Assembly (NCBI RefSeq): GCF_001598795.1
Contig: NZ_BCZP01000040.1
Span: 3,393 to 35,392, forward strand
DNA: 32,000 bases
Source of the DNA: Delftia acidovorans NBRC 14950
GTDB taxonomy: Bacteria > Pseudomonadota > Gammaproteobacteria > Burkholderiales > Burkholderiaceae_C
Direction of reading: 5' to 3'
The position numbers and the translations under genes are program-made. The notes under the pieces are model-generated. The model made no database searches, was not told where the DNA came from, and saw only the letters and a list, made by a program, of their open reading frames with translations. Position 1 is the first letter of the stretch, and every line of letters begins with the position of its first letter. Shown here piece by piece: positions 1 through 10,400 of the stretch.

Positions 1-2711
1 GTCACGCGGTCGCCCGTGCGGTACAGGCGCTTGCCCGGCTGGAACGGGCTGGCCACGAAGCGCTCTGCCGTCTGCCCGGGCCGGGCCCGGTAGCCGCGCG
101 CCAGGCCCGGCCCGCCCAGGTACAGCTCGCCACTGGCGCCCAGGGGCACGGGCTGCAGGTCGGCATCAAGCACCAGGGCGCGGCTATTGGCCAGCGGCCT
201 GCCCACGGGCAGGCTTTCGCCGCCACGCAGCGCCTCGCCCGCCTCCTGGGTGAGGATGCCCACCGTGGTTTCGGTGGGGCCGTAATGGTTGAGCACACGG
301 CAGCCGGGCCTGAGCGCGGCGATGCGGTCGATCAGCGGCCAGCGCGTGGCCTCGCCGCCCAGCACCAGGCGGCTGGCAGGCAGCACGTCAGCGGGCATGC
401 CGGCATTGAGCAGCCCCTGCAGATGGCTGGGCACGATCTTGAGCACGTCCACGCGGTGCTCTGCCATGTAGCGCGCGAAGCCGTCAGGGTCGAAGGCCAG
501 TTCGGGCGCCATCAGATGCAGCGCGCGCCCCGAGCACAGCGCGCCGAACAGCACGGTGTGCCCCAGGTCCGCCGCCACGGTCGAGACCATGGCCATGCTG
601 CGCGCCGCCTCGGGCAGGTCCAGCCGCTGCAGCACGGCCTGCACATAGTAGGCCAGCGCCCCGTGGCTGACGACCACGCCCTTGGGCTGCCCGGTCGAGC
701 CCGAGGTGTAGATCACATAGGCGCCCTGTGCGGAATGCGGCGGCGCGGCCGGCGGCGCCTGCCCCGCAATGCACGGCTCCTGGCAGGCATTCAGGTCCAG
801 GCTCAGCAGGGGAACGCCCGCGTCCCAGGCGGGCGCCTGCTGGCAGAGCATCAGCACCGCGCCGCTGTCGCGCAGCTGCCAGGCCAGCCGCTGCGCCGGC
901 AGGCCGGGGTCCAGGGGCACATAGGTGCCACCGGCCTTGAGCACGGCGAGCAGGCCCAGCACAAAGGCGCAGCTGCGCTCGGCATGCAGGGCCACCCGCA
1001 CATCGGCCCCCACGCCGCGCGCCACCAGGGCCCGGGCCAGCTGGTCGGACTGCCGGTCCAGCTGTGAATAGTCCAGTGCCGAGCCCGCGTCCCTGACCGC
1101 CGTGCCATCGGGATGGGCCTGCACGGCGCGCGACCAGAGCTGCAGCACGCTGTCGGCGCCAAAGGCCTGCACCGGGCCTGCAGACTCCGACACGCGGCCT
1201 GGCAGCGACAGCTCGCCGAGCCTAGGCTGCCTGTCGCTGATTGCGCCGGTGACCTGCAGCGCAAGGTCCTGGAATGCGGCGGCCATGTCGCGCACCACGG
1301 CCTCGTCGAACAGGGCATCGGCATAGATCAGCACGCAGTCGATGCCGTCCTGCCGGTCGGTGAAGTCCAGGCTCAGGTCGAAATGCGCCTGGCCGCTGGA
1401 GACGGCCTGCATGGCGATCTCCAGGCCTGCGATGTGGCGCGCGGCCGAGGCATCTTCCTGCTGGGTGCACTTGACCTGGAACAGCGGGTGAACGCCCGGC
1501 TGGCGGGCCGGCTGCAGCGCCTCGACCAGCAGGTGGAACGGCAGGTCCTGGTGGGCCTGCGCGCCCAGCACCGCCTCGCGCACCTGCGCCAGCAGCGCGC
1601 CGAAGTCCTGCGCGGGATCGATGTGCGTGCGCAGCACCAGCAGGTTCAGGAAGTAGCCGATCAGCCCATGCGTCTCGGCCTTCTGGCGGTTGGCCACGGG
1701 CGTGCCCACGCGCAGCTCGCGCGTGCCGCTGAAGCGGTACAGCACCAGCTTGAGCAGGGCCAGCATCACCATGAACAGCGAGGCGCCATGCGCGCGGCCC
1801 AGGGCACGCACGCGGGTGGCCAGTGCGGCGGGCAGCGTGAACTCCAGGCGCTGCTCCTGTGCCTCCTGCGCGGCCGCCCTGGCCTGCTTCATCGGCAGGG
1901 CCAGGGCCTCGTGCTCGGTGCCCAGCCGGGCGCGCCAGTAGTCCAGCTGCCGCTCGCGCTCACCGGCATCGAACCAGCGGCGCTGCCAGACGGCGTAGTC
2001 GGCGAACTGCAGGGCCATGGCCGGCAGGCGCGATGGCTGCTGCGTGCGCAGGGCCTCGTACAGGTGGAACAGCTCCTGGATCACGATGCCGTTGGACCAG
2101 CCATCGCCCGCAATGTGGTGCAGCGACAGGCCCAGCACATGCTCCTGCGCGCCCAGCCGGCACAGGACGGCGCGCAATGGCGTTTCCGTGTCCAGCGCAA
2201 AGGGCTGGCGGGCCAGCAGCAGCACCTGGCGCTGCGCCTCGGCCTGCGGATCGCCGTCCGTCCATGCGCCCAGATCGACATGGCGCAGGGGCACGGGCGC
2301 GGCGGGCTGAATGGACTGCCGGGGCTCGCCGTCCTCGCCGGCCGGATAGCAGGTGCGCAGGATCTCGTGGCGCTCGGCCAGGGCCTGCAGCGCCTGCTCC
2401 AGCGCCAGCGCATCCAGCGGCCCCTTGAGCGACAGCGATCCCACCATGTTGTAGGCGGGGCTGGCGGGCTCCAGCCGCCAGGTGAGCCAGAGGCTGCGCT
2501 GCGCGGGGGACAGGGCAATGGCCAGCGTGCGGTCGCAGCGGGTGATGGTGTGGGCCGTCGTGTTGCAGGCGTCGCCGTCCGGCAGGCCACCTGCGCCACC
2601 TACGCCAGATGCAGCGGGTGCACCAGATACACCCCGGAGCCTCAGGGCCAGTGCGGCACGCTGCGTATCGGACAGGCGGGACTTGCGGGAATCGAGATCG
2701 TTCAGGGACAT
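1..2711 (-). CDS. Non-ribosomal peptide synthetase, 5' part only (condensation + adenylation domains); 3' end truncated by the left window edge
   Basis: Absent from the ORF track, which appears to list only ORFs with a stop inside the window. Hand translation of the minus strand from ATG (complement 2709-2711) gives MSLNDLDSRKSRLSDTQRAALALRL... It continues through the C-domain motif SLHHIAGDGWSN (about 2091-2126) and the A-domain motifs [19 protein letters not shown] (about 662-718), NHYGPTETTV and GELYLGGPGLARGY, ending with YRTGD (9-23). The ATG lies 10 nt after the PKS stop. I did not check every codon for stops. Confidence 0.85.
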   Translation of the reverse strand, partial: MSLNDLDSRKSRLSDTQRAALALRLRGVSGAPAASGVGGAGGLPDGDACNTTAHTITRCDRTLAIALSPAQRSLWLTWRLEPASPAYNMVGSLSLKGPLDALALEQALQALAERHEILRTCYPAGEDGEPRQSIQPAAPVPLRHVDLGAWTDGDPQAEAQRQVLLLARQPFALDTETPLRAVLCRLGAQEHVLGLSLHHIAGDGWSNGIVIQELFHLYEALRTQQPSRLPAMALQFADYAVWQRRWFDAGERERQLDYWRARLGTEHEALALPMKQARAAAQEAQEQRLEFTLPAALATRVRALGRAHGASLFMVMLALLKLVLYRFSGTRELRVGTPVANRQKAETHGLIGYFLNLLVLRTHIDPAQDFGALLAQVREAVLGAQAHQDLPFHLLVEALQPARQPGVHPLFQVKCTQQEDASAARHIAGLEIAMQAVSSGQAHFDLSLDFTDRQDGIDCVLIYADALFDEAVVRDMAAAFQDLALQVTGAISDRQPRLGELSLPGRVSESAGPVQAFGADSVLQLWSRAVQAHPDGTAVRDAGSALDYSQLDRQSDQLARALVARGVGADVRVALHAERSCAFVLGLLAVLKAGGTYVPLDPGLPAQRLAWQLRDSGAVLMLCQQAPAWDAGVPLLSLDLNACQEPCIAGQAPPAAPPHSAQGAYVIYTSGSTGQPKGVVVSHGALAYYVQAVLQRLDLPEAARSMAMVSTVAADLGHTVLFGALCSGRALHLMAPELAFDPDGFARYMAEHRVDVLKIVPSHLQGLLNAGMPADVLPASRLVLGGEATRWPLIDRIAALRPGCRVLNHYGPTETTVGILTQEAGEALRGGESLPVGRPLANSRALVLDADLQPVPLGASGELYLGGPGLARGYRARPGQTAERFVASPFQPGKRLYRTGDRV

Positions 2712-2721
2712 GGTGGTCTTC

Positions 2722-5700
2722 TCACGCAGATGCGAAGGCAGCAAGGGCATCGCCTTCATCGGTAACGGTGGCCTCGATCTCCTCGATCAGCCGGGTCTCC
2801 ACCAGCACGGCCAGCTCGCCGACGGTGGGGGCCTTGAAGAAGGCGGCAGGGTGCAGCTCGACACCAAAGCGCTTTTTCACGCGGCCCAGGATCTGCAGGG
2901 CCAGCAGCGAGTCGCCGCCCAGCTCGAACAGGTTGTCGTCCACGCCCACCGGGGCGATGCCCAGCATGTCGGTCCACAGCGCGGCCAGGGCCTGCTGCAG
3001 TTCGCCTTCGGCCGCAACGTAGGCGGTCTGCAGCGCCGGGCGCGGATGGCCGCCACGGGCCTGCGATCCGTTGGCAGGTTTGGCGAAGGCTTCGGTGGCA
3101 GGTTCTGCCAGCGCATCCACCAGCCCGGCATCGATCTCGCCCAGGCGCTGCTGCAGGTCGGTGGTGGAGATGACCACCTGGTGCGGCACATCGCCGTTGA
3201 CGATGCGCTCGAACACCGCTGCCGCTTCTGCGCCGCTCCAGCCTATGCCCTCGGGAATGCGCATGCCGGCGGCCATGCCCAGGTCACGCCAGGCGTCCCA
3301 GTCCACGGAGATGACGGGCCAAGCGCGCTGGCGGCTGGCCAGTGCCGCCAGTGCATCCATGCAGGCATTGGCGGCGGCGTAGTCGCTCTTGCCCAGGCCT
3401 GCGGTGAGGCTGGAGATGGACGAGCACAGCAGTACGAAGTCCGGCGCCCGCATGTCCTGCATGTCCTGCGTGCCCAGCAGGTCCAGCAACAGCCGGGTGC
3501 CGCGCAGCTTGGGGGCGAATACGCGCTCCACGCTGTCCCGCGTGCGGGTGGACAGCATGCCGCTGTCGGCATGGCCTGCGGCATGGACCACGCCATGCAG
3601 CGCGCCAAAGCGCTGGTGCGCCTGCGCCAGCGCCGCCTGCATCTGCGCGGCGTCGGCCACATCGGCGGCCAGGGTCAGCACCTGGGCGCCCTCGGCCTCC
3701 AGGGCCAGCAACTGCAACAGTTGCTGGCGCAGGGTGCGCGGCTGCCCGTCATCGGCGGCCAGCGCCTCCCATTGGCTGCGCGCAGGCAGCGCCGTACGGC
3801 CCACCAGCACCAGGCGGGCCTGCCAGTGCACGGCCAGATGCCGGGCCAGCGCCAGGCCCACGCCGCCCAGGCCGCCCGTGATCAGGTACACGCCCTGCCT
3901 GCGCAGGCGCGGCGCTGCGGCTTCCTGCCACTGCAGGGGCTCGTAGGTCTTGCGCCAGCGGTGGGCACCGCGCAGGGCGATGGCCGTGTCGGCCGCGCGC
4001 AGCCCATGCGGCGCGCGGGCTTCGTCCAGCAACTGGCGCGCCAGCCGGGCCTGCATTGCGGGCGAACCCGCCTGCACCACATCGACGAAACGGCAGTCGA
4101 TGGACGGGCATTCCTGCGCTATCGCCTTGCACAGCGGAAAGACGGCGGCCATCTCGGGGTTCAGCGCTTCCAGCCCGGTCACATCTTCCGAACCGCCTGC
4201 GGCCACCAGCAGCAGCCGCCTTTCGCGCGGGCCTCCAGCACCGTGCGCACGGGCCTCCAGCGCCTGCGCCAGGGCCAGCACGCTGTGAAAGCCGCGCTCC
4301 AGCGGCGCAGGGGCGGCCGCGCCCATGGCCCACAGGTGGTAGATGGCGTCCACAGGGCCGAACCGCGCCTGCACCGCCTCGAGCAAGTCATCGCAATCGC
4401 GGCGCTCGCCGGGGCGCACGGCATGCCGGCCCGGGGCCGCGCAGGCGGGGGCGGCGCCCGCTTCCACGCAGACCACATCGGTGCCCTGCGCGCGCAATGC
4501 GTGCACCAGGGCCTCGGCCGTGGCACTGCCGTCGCCAAACACCAGGGCCACCTGGGCTGCGGCTGCGGCGGTGCCTGCCGCCAACTGCAAGGGACTGCGC
4601 TGCCAAGCGGCTGCGTAGAACGGACCGGCGGTCGCCGAGGGACCTGCCGTACCTGCCGCTTTCGGTGCATCGCCACCCTGCCCCGCCGCCTGCACCCAGA
4701 AGGAGCGGCGCTGGAAGGCATAGGTCGGCAGCGGCACGCGCCGCCCTGGCCGCCCGCCCCGGCAGGCAGTCCAGTCGATGTCCACGCCCGCGCACCACAG
4801 GCCGGCAACGGCCTGCGCCAGCAGCTGCGCGCTGCGTGCGGTCTGCTGGGGATGGGCCTGGCTGGGCCAGATGCCGGCCGCCGTGGCGGCGCGCGCATGC
4901 TGGCGGGCCAGGGCGGTAAGGGCCTGGCCGGGGCCTACCTCCAGCAGCACACGGCCCGGCTCTCGCACAAGCTCGTCCAGCCCGTCCGCAAAGCGCACGG
5001 TATGGCGCAGGTGGCGGGCCCAGTAGGCGGGGCTCATGGCCTGCTCGGCCGTGATGGGCCTGCCGGTCACGCTGGAGATGAAGGCCAGGCGCGGCGCATG
5101 CCGGGGCACGCTGGCCACCACCTGCTCCAGCTGCGCCAGCAGGGGCTCGGTCATGGCCGAGTGCGAGGCCACGGCAATGTGCAGCCGGCGGGCGGTGATG
5201 TCGCGCGAGCGCAGCGCCCCTTCGGCCGCCTCGATGGCGGCCAGCGGGCCGGACAGCACGCACAGGCGTTCGCCGTTGACGGCACCCAGGTCGCAGCCCG
5301 CGTCCAGCAGGGATTGCAGCTCGGCCTCGGCCAGGGGCACCGAGGTCATGGCGCCCTGCGGCAGCGACTGCAGCAGGCGGCCGCGCGCCGCGACGATGCG
5401 CAGGGCATGCGGCAGCTCGAACACGCCGGCCAGGCAGGCCGCCACATACTCGCCCAGGCTGTGGCCCAGCATGGACACGGGCTGCACGCCGCGTGCCATC
5501 CACATCCGGGCCAGCGCATAGCCGATCACGAACAGGGCCGGCTGGGCCTTGTCCATGGCGGACAGCGCCGCGTCGGCCTCCACCTCTTCACCCGGGGCGT
5601 GGAACAGCCACTGGCGCAGGTCCCAGCCTGTTTCGGCCTGCAGCAGCTCGCAGCAGCGGTCCACCTCCTGCCGGAACACACCGCCGTCGCGGTACAGGTC

Positions 5701-7410
5701 CAGGCCCATGTTGGCGTGCTGCACGCCCCCGCCCGGGAAAAGAAAGGCCACGCCGGGCGGCTGTGCCGGCACCTCGGTGGCCTGGCCTGCCGGCGCAGCA
5801 GCAGAAGCAGCAGCAGCAGTAGCAGAGAGGTGCAGGCCCTCCACCGCCATGCCCATACCGTCTGCCACCACGGCACGGCGATGGCCGAAGGCGCGGCGGC
5901 CCTGCTGCAGGGTGTGGGCCACATCGTCCAGCGACAGGCCACTGCCGGCCTGCTGCAGATGGGCGGCCAGGCGGCACGCCGCTTCGTCCAGCGCACGGGG
6001 GCTGCGAGCGGACAGCGGCAGCACCTGCCAGCCCCGGGCTGCATCCGCCGGTGCACTGGAAGGAGTGGCAGAGGTGGCAGGGGCGGCAGCAGCCTCCTGC
6101 AGCACCACATGGACATTGGTGCCGCCAATGCCGAAGGCGCTCACGCCCGCGCGGCGCGGCGTGGCCGCCTGGGGCCAGGGCTTGGCCACGGTGTTGACAT
6201 GGAAGGGACTGCGCTCGAAGTCGATCTGCGGGTGCGGCCGCTCGAAATGCAGGCTGGGCGGCAAGGTGGCATGCCGCAGCGAGAGCACCGTCTTGATCAG
6301 GCCCGTGACACCGGCGGCCGCATCGAGATGGCCGATATTGGTCTTCACCGATCCGATGGCGCAGTAGCCCCTGCGCTGCGTGCTGGCGCGAAAGGCCTGG
6401 GTCAGCGCCGCGATCTCGATGGGGTCGCCCAGCGCCGTGCCCGTGCCATGGGCTTCCACATAGCCGATGGTGTCGGCCGGCACGCCCGCCAGGGCCTGCG
6501 CCGCGCGCACCACGGCGGCCTGGCCGTTGACGCCGGGCGCCGTGAAGCCTACCTTGTCTGCGCCATCGTTGTTGGCGGCGCTGGCCAGGATGACGGCGTG
6601 GATGGTGTCGCCGTCGCGCAGCGCATCGTCCAGGCGCCTGAGCACCACAATGCCCGCGCCGCTGCCCTGCAGCGTGCCTGCGGCCTGGGCATCGAAGGCG
6701 CGGCAATGCCCGTCCGGCGAGAAGATGGCTCCGGCCTGGTAGCGGTAGCCGCCGTTTTGCAGCAGGTTGAGCGAGACGCCCCCGGCCAGCGCCATGGCGC
6801 ATTCATGGCCCAGCAGTGCCTGGCAGGCGGTGTGGACGGCCATCAGCGAGGTCGAGCAGGCCGTCTGCACGGTGACGGCCGGGCCGCGCAGGTCCAGCTT
6901 GTAGGCCACGCGCGTGGCCAGGGCATCGGCCATGTTGCCGCTCATCAGGCCCAGCAGGTCGGCGACCTGGGCGCCAGGGCCCGGCGCATGGCGGGGCAGC
7001 AGATGGCGCATCAGGTAGACGCTGGCGCCCGTGCCCGCATACACGCCGATGGCGCCGGGATGGCGCCGTCCCTCGTAGCCCGCGTGCTCCAGCGCCTGCC
7101 ACGCGCATTCCAGAAAAAGGCGGTGCTGCGGGTCCAGCTGCTCGGCATCGCGCGGGGTGTAGCCGAAGAAGTCGGCATCGAAGAGGTCCATGCCGGCCAG
7201 CGGCACGCCGGCCTTCACGTAGCCGGCATCGTCCAGCAGGGCCTGGGGCACGCCCAAGGCGCGCAGCTCATCGTCGCTGTAGCGCTTCACGGACTCGACG
7301 CCGTCACGGATGTTGGCCCAGAAGCGGTCGATGTCGTCGGCGCCCGGAAAGCGCCCGGCCATGCCGATGACGGCGATCTCCAGGCCGGTGGTTTCGGAGG
7401 AAGAAGGCAT
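2722..7410 (-). CDS. Type I polyketide synthase module, KS-AT-KR-ACP
   Basis: This is the real part of track ORF 2722..8784. It starts at [23 protein letters not shown] (ATG = complement 7408-7410). KS motifs: DPQHRLFLE, TACSTSL, EAHGTGTALGDP, KTNIGHLDAAAG. AT: GHSLGEYVAAC. KR Rossmann: YLITGGLGGVGLALARHL. Carrier protein: LGGDSLLALQI. The 458 aa upstream in the same ORF are compositional junk lying over the NRPS 3' end. Confidence 0.92.
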   Translation of the reverse strand: MPSSSETTGLEIAVIGMAGRFPGADDIDRFWANIRDGVESVKRYSDDELRALGVPQALLDDAGYVKAGVPLAGMDLFDADFFGYTPRDAEQLDPQHRLFLECAWQALEHAGYEGRRHPGAIGVYAGTGASVYLMRHLLPRHAPGPGAQVADLLGLMSGNMADALATRVAYKLDLRGPAVTVQTACSTSLMAVHTACQALLGHECAMALAGGVSLNLLQNGGYRYQAGAIFSPDGHCRAFDAQAAGTLQGSGAGIVVLRRLDDALRDGDTIHAVILASAANNDGADKVGFTAPGVNGQAAVVRAAQALAGVPADTIGYVEAHGTGTALGDPIEIAALTQAFRASTQRRGYCAIGSVKTNIGHLDAAAGVTGLIKTVLSLRHATLPPSLHFERPHPQIDFERSPFHVNTVAKPWPQAATPRRAGVSAFGIGGTNVHVVLQEAAAAPATSATPSSAPADAARGWQVLPLSARSPRALDEAACRLAAHLQQAGSGLSLDDVAHTLQQGRRAFGHRRAVVADGMGMAVEGLHLSATAAAASAAAPAGQATEVPAQPPGVAFLFPGGGVQHANMGLDLYRDGGVFRQEVDRCCELLQAETGWDLRQWLFHAPGEEVEADAALSAMDKAQPALFVIGYALARMWMARGVQPVSMLGHSLGEYVAACLAGVFELPHALRIVAARGRLLQSLPQGAMTSVPLAEAELQSLLDAGCDLGAVNGERLCVLSGPLAAIEAAEGALRSRDITARRLHIAVASHSAMTEPLLAQLEQVVASVPRHAPRLAFISSVTGRPITAEQAMSPAYWARHLRHTVRFADGLDELVREPGRVLLEVGPGQALTALARQHARAATAAGIWPSQAHPQQTARSAQLLAQAVAGLWCAGVDIDWTACRGGRPGRRVPLPTYAFQRRSFWVQAAGQGGDAPKAAGTAGPSATAGPFYAAAWQRSPLQLAAGTAAAAAQVALVFGDGSATAEALVHALRAQGTDVVCVEAGAAPACAAPGRHAVRPGERRDCDDLLEAVQARFGPVDAIYHLWAMGAAAPAPLERGFHSVLALAQALEARAHGAGGPRERRLLLVAAGGSEDVTGLEALNPEMAAVFPLCKAIAQECPSIDCRFVDVVQAGSPAMQARLARQLLDEARAPHGLRAADTAIALRGAHRWRKTYEPLQWQEAAAPRLRRQGVYLITGGLGGVGLALARHLAVHWQARLVLVGRTALPARSQWEALAADDGQPRTLRQQLLQLLALEAEGAQVLTLAADVADAAQMQAALAQAHQRFGALHGVVHAAGHADSGMLSTRTRDSVERVFAPKLRGTRLLLDLLGTQDMQDMRAPDFVLLCSSISSLTAGLGKSDYAAANACMDALAALASRQRAWPVISVDWDAWRDLGMAAGMRIPEGIGWSGAEAAAVFERIVNGDVPHQVVISTTDLQQRLGEIDAGLVDALAEPATEAFAKPANGSQARGGHPRPALQTAYVAAEGELQQALAALWTDMLGIAPVGVDDNLFELGGDSLLALQILGRVKKRFGVELHPAAFFKAPTVGELAVLVETRLIEEIEATVTDEGDALAAFASA

Positions 7411-10400
7411 CAGAGGGTCCTTTCGATGTGGCGCTTGCGCTGCAGCAGCGCCTCGCGGCGGCGCTGGGCCGCGTCCATGCCGTCCCGGGCGGCGGCCGCC
7501 TGCGCGGCGCCGTCGCCCTCGCCCTCGCCCTCGCCATCTGCGCCCTGCTCGATGCGCCGCGCCAGGGCCGACACCGTGGGGTGCTTGAAGAGATCGACCA
7601 GGGACAGCTCCCGGCCCAGCCGCGACTCCAGCAGGCCATGCACGCGGATGAGCTGAAGCGAATGCCCGCCCAGGTCGAAGAAGTTGTCGCTGGCGCCTAT
7701 GCGCTCCACGCCCAGCACCTGGGCCCAGAGGGCGGCAATGGTCGCGGCCACGCCGCCCTCGGGCGGCTCGTAGGCCTGGCGCTCCAGGGCCGGCAGGGTG
7801 GGCGCCTCGGGCAGCGCCTTGCGGTCCACCTTGCCGTTGGCGTTCAGGGGCAAGGCATCCAGCACGGTGATGGACGAGGGCAGCATGTAGTCGGGCAGGG
7901 CTGCGGCCAGCGCGCTGCGCAGCGCGGCCATGTCCAGGCACTGTCCCTGCTGCACCGAGACAAAGGCGGCCAGCCGCGCACCGTCGGCCGCCTGGCGGGC
8001 GACCACCACGGCCTCGCGCACGGCGGGGTGGGCCAGCAGTTGGGCCTCCACCTCGGCCAACTCGATGCGAAAGCCGCGGATCTTCACCTGGTGGTCCACG
8101 CGGCCCAGGTAGTCGATCTGGCCGTCGCCGCGCCAGCGCACCAGGTCGCCCGTGCGGTACAGGCGCTCGCCCGTGCGGCTGGCGGGGTCGGCGACAAAGC
8201 GCTCGGCGCTCAGGCCCGGCCGCCGCCAGTAGCCGCGCGCCAGGCCCACACCGCCCAGGTACAGCTCGCCAGCCACGCCGCGCGGCACCTCGTTGAGCGC
8301 GGCATCCAGCACATGGGTGCGCAGCCCGGCCACGGGGCGGCCTATGGGCACGGACAACGCGCCCTCGTCCCGGCAGTCCCACCAGGTGACCTCGATGGCC
8401 GCCTCCGTGGGGCCGTAGAGATTGAGCAGGCGGGTGCCGGGGAAGGCCTGCAGCACGGCCGCCTGCAATTCGGCGGACAGGGCCTCGCCGCTGCAGATGA
8501 TGCGCTGCAGCCCCTGGCAGGTGGCGGCCGCCGGGTGCGCCATGAAGGCCTGCAGCATGGACGGCACGAAGTGGATGGTGCTGACCTGGTGGCGCGCTAT
8601 CAGCTCGGCCAGGCGCCGGGGATCGCGGTGGTCGCCGGGGGCGGCCAGCGCCAGGCGTGCGCCGGTGGTCAGCGGCCAGAAGAATTCCCAGAAGGAGATG
8701 TCGAAGCCGAAGGGCGTTTTCTGCAGCACCGTATCGCCCGGGCCCAGCGGCTGATGCATCTGCCCCCACGCCAGGCGGTTGCACAGCGAACGGTGGCGGT
8801 TGGCCGCGCCCTTGGGACGCCCGGTCGAACCCGACGTGTAGATCACATAGACCAGGCTGTCGCCATGCAGGGCAACGGCCGGGTTGTGGGCCGGCATGTC
8901 CTGCAGCCGGGACGCCAGGCCCGGCACATCGACCAGTTGGGCACTGCAGCTGGCCGGCAGGCGGTCACGCACCTGCGGCTGCACCAGCACCAGGGACACG
9001 CCGCTGTCCTCCAGCATGTAGGCGATGCGGTCGGCCGGGTGCTCGGGGTCGATGGGCACATAGGCCGCGCCGGCCTTCATGATGGCCAGCAGCCCCACGA
9101 CCATCTCGATGGAGCGCTCCATGGCAATGCCCACCGGCACGCCGGGCCGCACGCCCGATGCAATCAGGTGATGCGCCAGCCGGTTGGCGCGCGCATTGAG
9201 CTCGGCGTAGCCCAGCGTGGCCTCGCCCAGGCACAGGGCCGGGGCATCGGGGCTGCGCGCCACCTGCTGCTCGAAGCGGCGGTGCACGATGTCGCCGCCG
9301 TGCAGGATCTGGTCATTGCAGCTCCAGGCCGCCAGTTGCTGGCGTTCGCCGGGACCCAGCAGCGGCACCTCGTCCACGGCACATTGGGGCTGGTGCGCCA
9401 GTGCGTCCAGCATGGCCGCATAGTGGGCGGCCAGGCGCTGCATGCTGCCCGGCGCGAACAGCTCGCGGGCATAGACCAGGCTGATGCCCAGGCTGCCATC
9501 GGAGCGCACGCGCACTTCCACGGTCAGCTCGAACTGCGCATCTGCGGCCGCCAGCGGCTGGCCGGCCACGGTCCAGCCCGGCACCTGCTGCAGCGCGTGC
9601 CAGTCCTCCACCAGATGATTGAACAGCACCTGGAACAAGGGGCTGTGCGCCAGGCTGCGCTGCGGCTGCAGCGCCTCCACCAGTTGCTCGAACGGCAGAT
9701 CGTGGTGGGCCTGCGCGCCCTGCGCCGCCTCGCGGGCCTGCTGCAGCACGTCGGCCAGGCGCATGCGCCCATCGATGCGGTTGCGCAGCACCAGGGTGTT
9801 GACGAAAAAGCCGACCACGCCCTGCAGGTCGGCATGCGCGCGGTTGGCCACGGGCACGCCGACGCGGATGTCCTCCTGCCCCGTGTAGCGGTACAGCAAC
9901 GCCTGCCATCCTGCCAGCAGCAGCGTGAAGAGCGTGTCTCCCTGCTGGCGGGCCTGCGCGCGCAGCGCCTGCAAGGTTGCGCCGGACAGCTCGAAGCTGT
10001 GCCGTCCCGCCCGATAGCGTGCCAGCGCCTGGCGCGGATGGTCGGTAGGCAGGGCCAGCACAGGCTGGGCCTCGCCTGGGGGCACCTGCAACCGTTCCAG
10101 CCAGTAGGCCAGCGAGGCCTGTTGGCCTTGCTGGGCCTGCTGAGCCTGCTCCCGCTGCCAGACGGCGTAGTCCACATACTGCAGCGCCGGGCCGCTGTCC
10201 GGGGCGCCGGCATACAGCGCCGCCAGATCGTCCAGCAGGATCTGCATGGAGGCGCCGTCGGAGACGATGTGGTGCATCACCAGCGCCAGGATGTGCTCAT
10301 TGGCCTGCAGCTGCACCAGGGCAGCCCGGGCCAGCGGCCCCTGCTGCAGATCAAAGGGCTGGGCGCACAGCGCCTGCAGCCATTGGGCGGCGTGCTCCTC

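Noticed and set aside
2482-7656. 1724-aa plus-strand ORF, the longest in this part of the track
   Set aside because: It is an antisense shadow of the PKS gene in high-GC DNA. The translation is Gly/Ala/Arg/His/Gln-rich with no recognisable motifs, whereas the opposite strand encodes complete KS, AT, KR and ACP motifs.
7411-8784. N-terminal 458-aa extension of the PKS ORF (track ORF 2722..8784)
   Set aside because: The extension overlaps the NRPS A/PCP coding region in another frame and translates to junk ([16 protein letters not shown]...). The KS domain begins immediately after the ATG at 7410, which is coupled to the NRPS stop.
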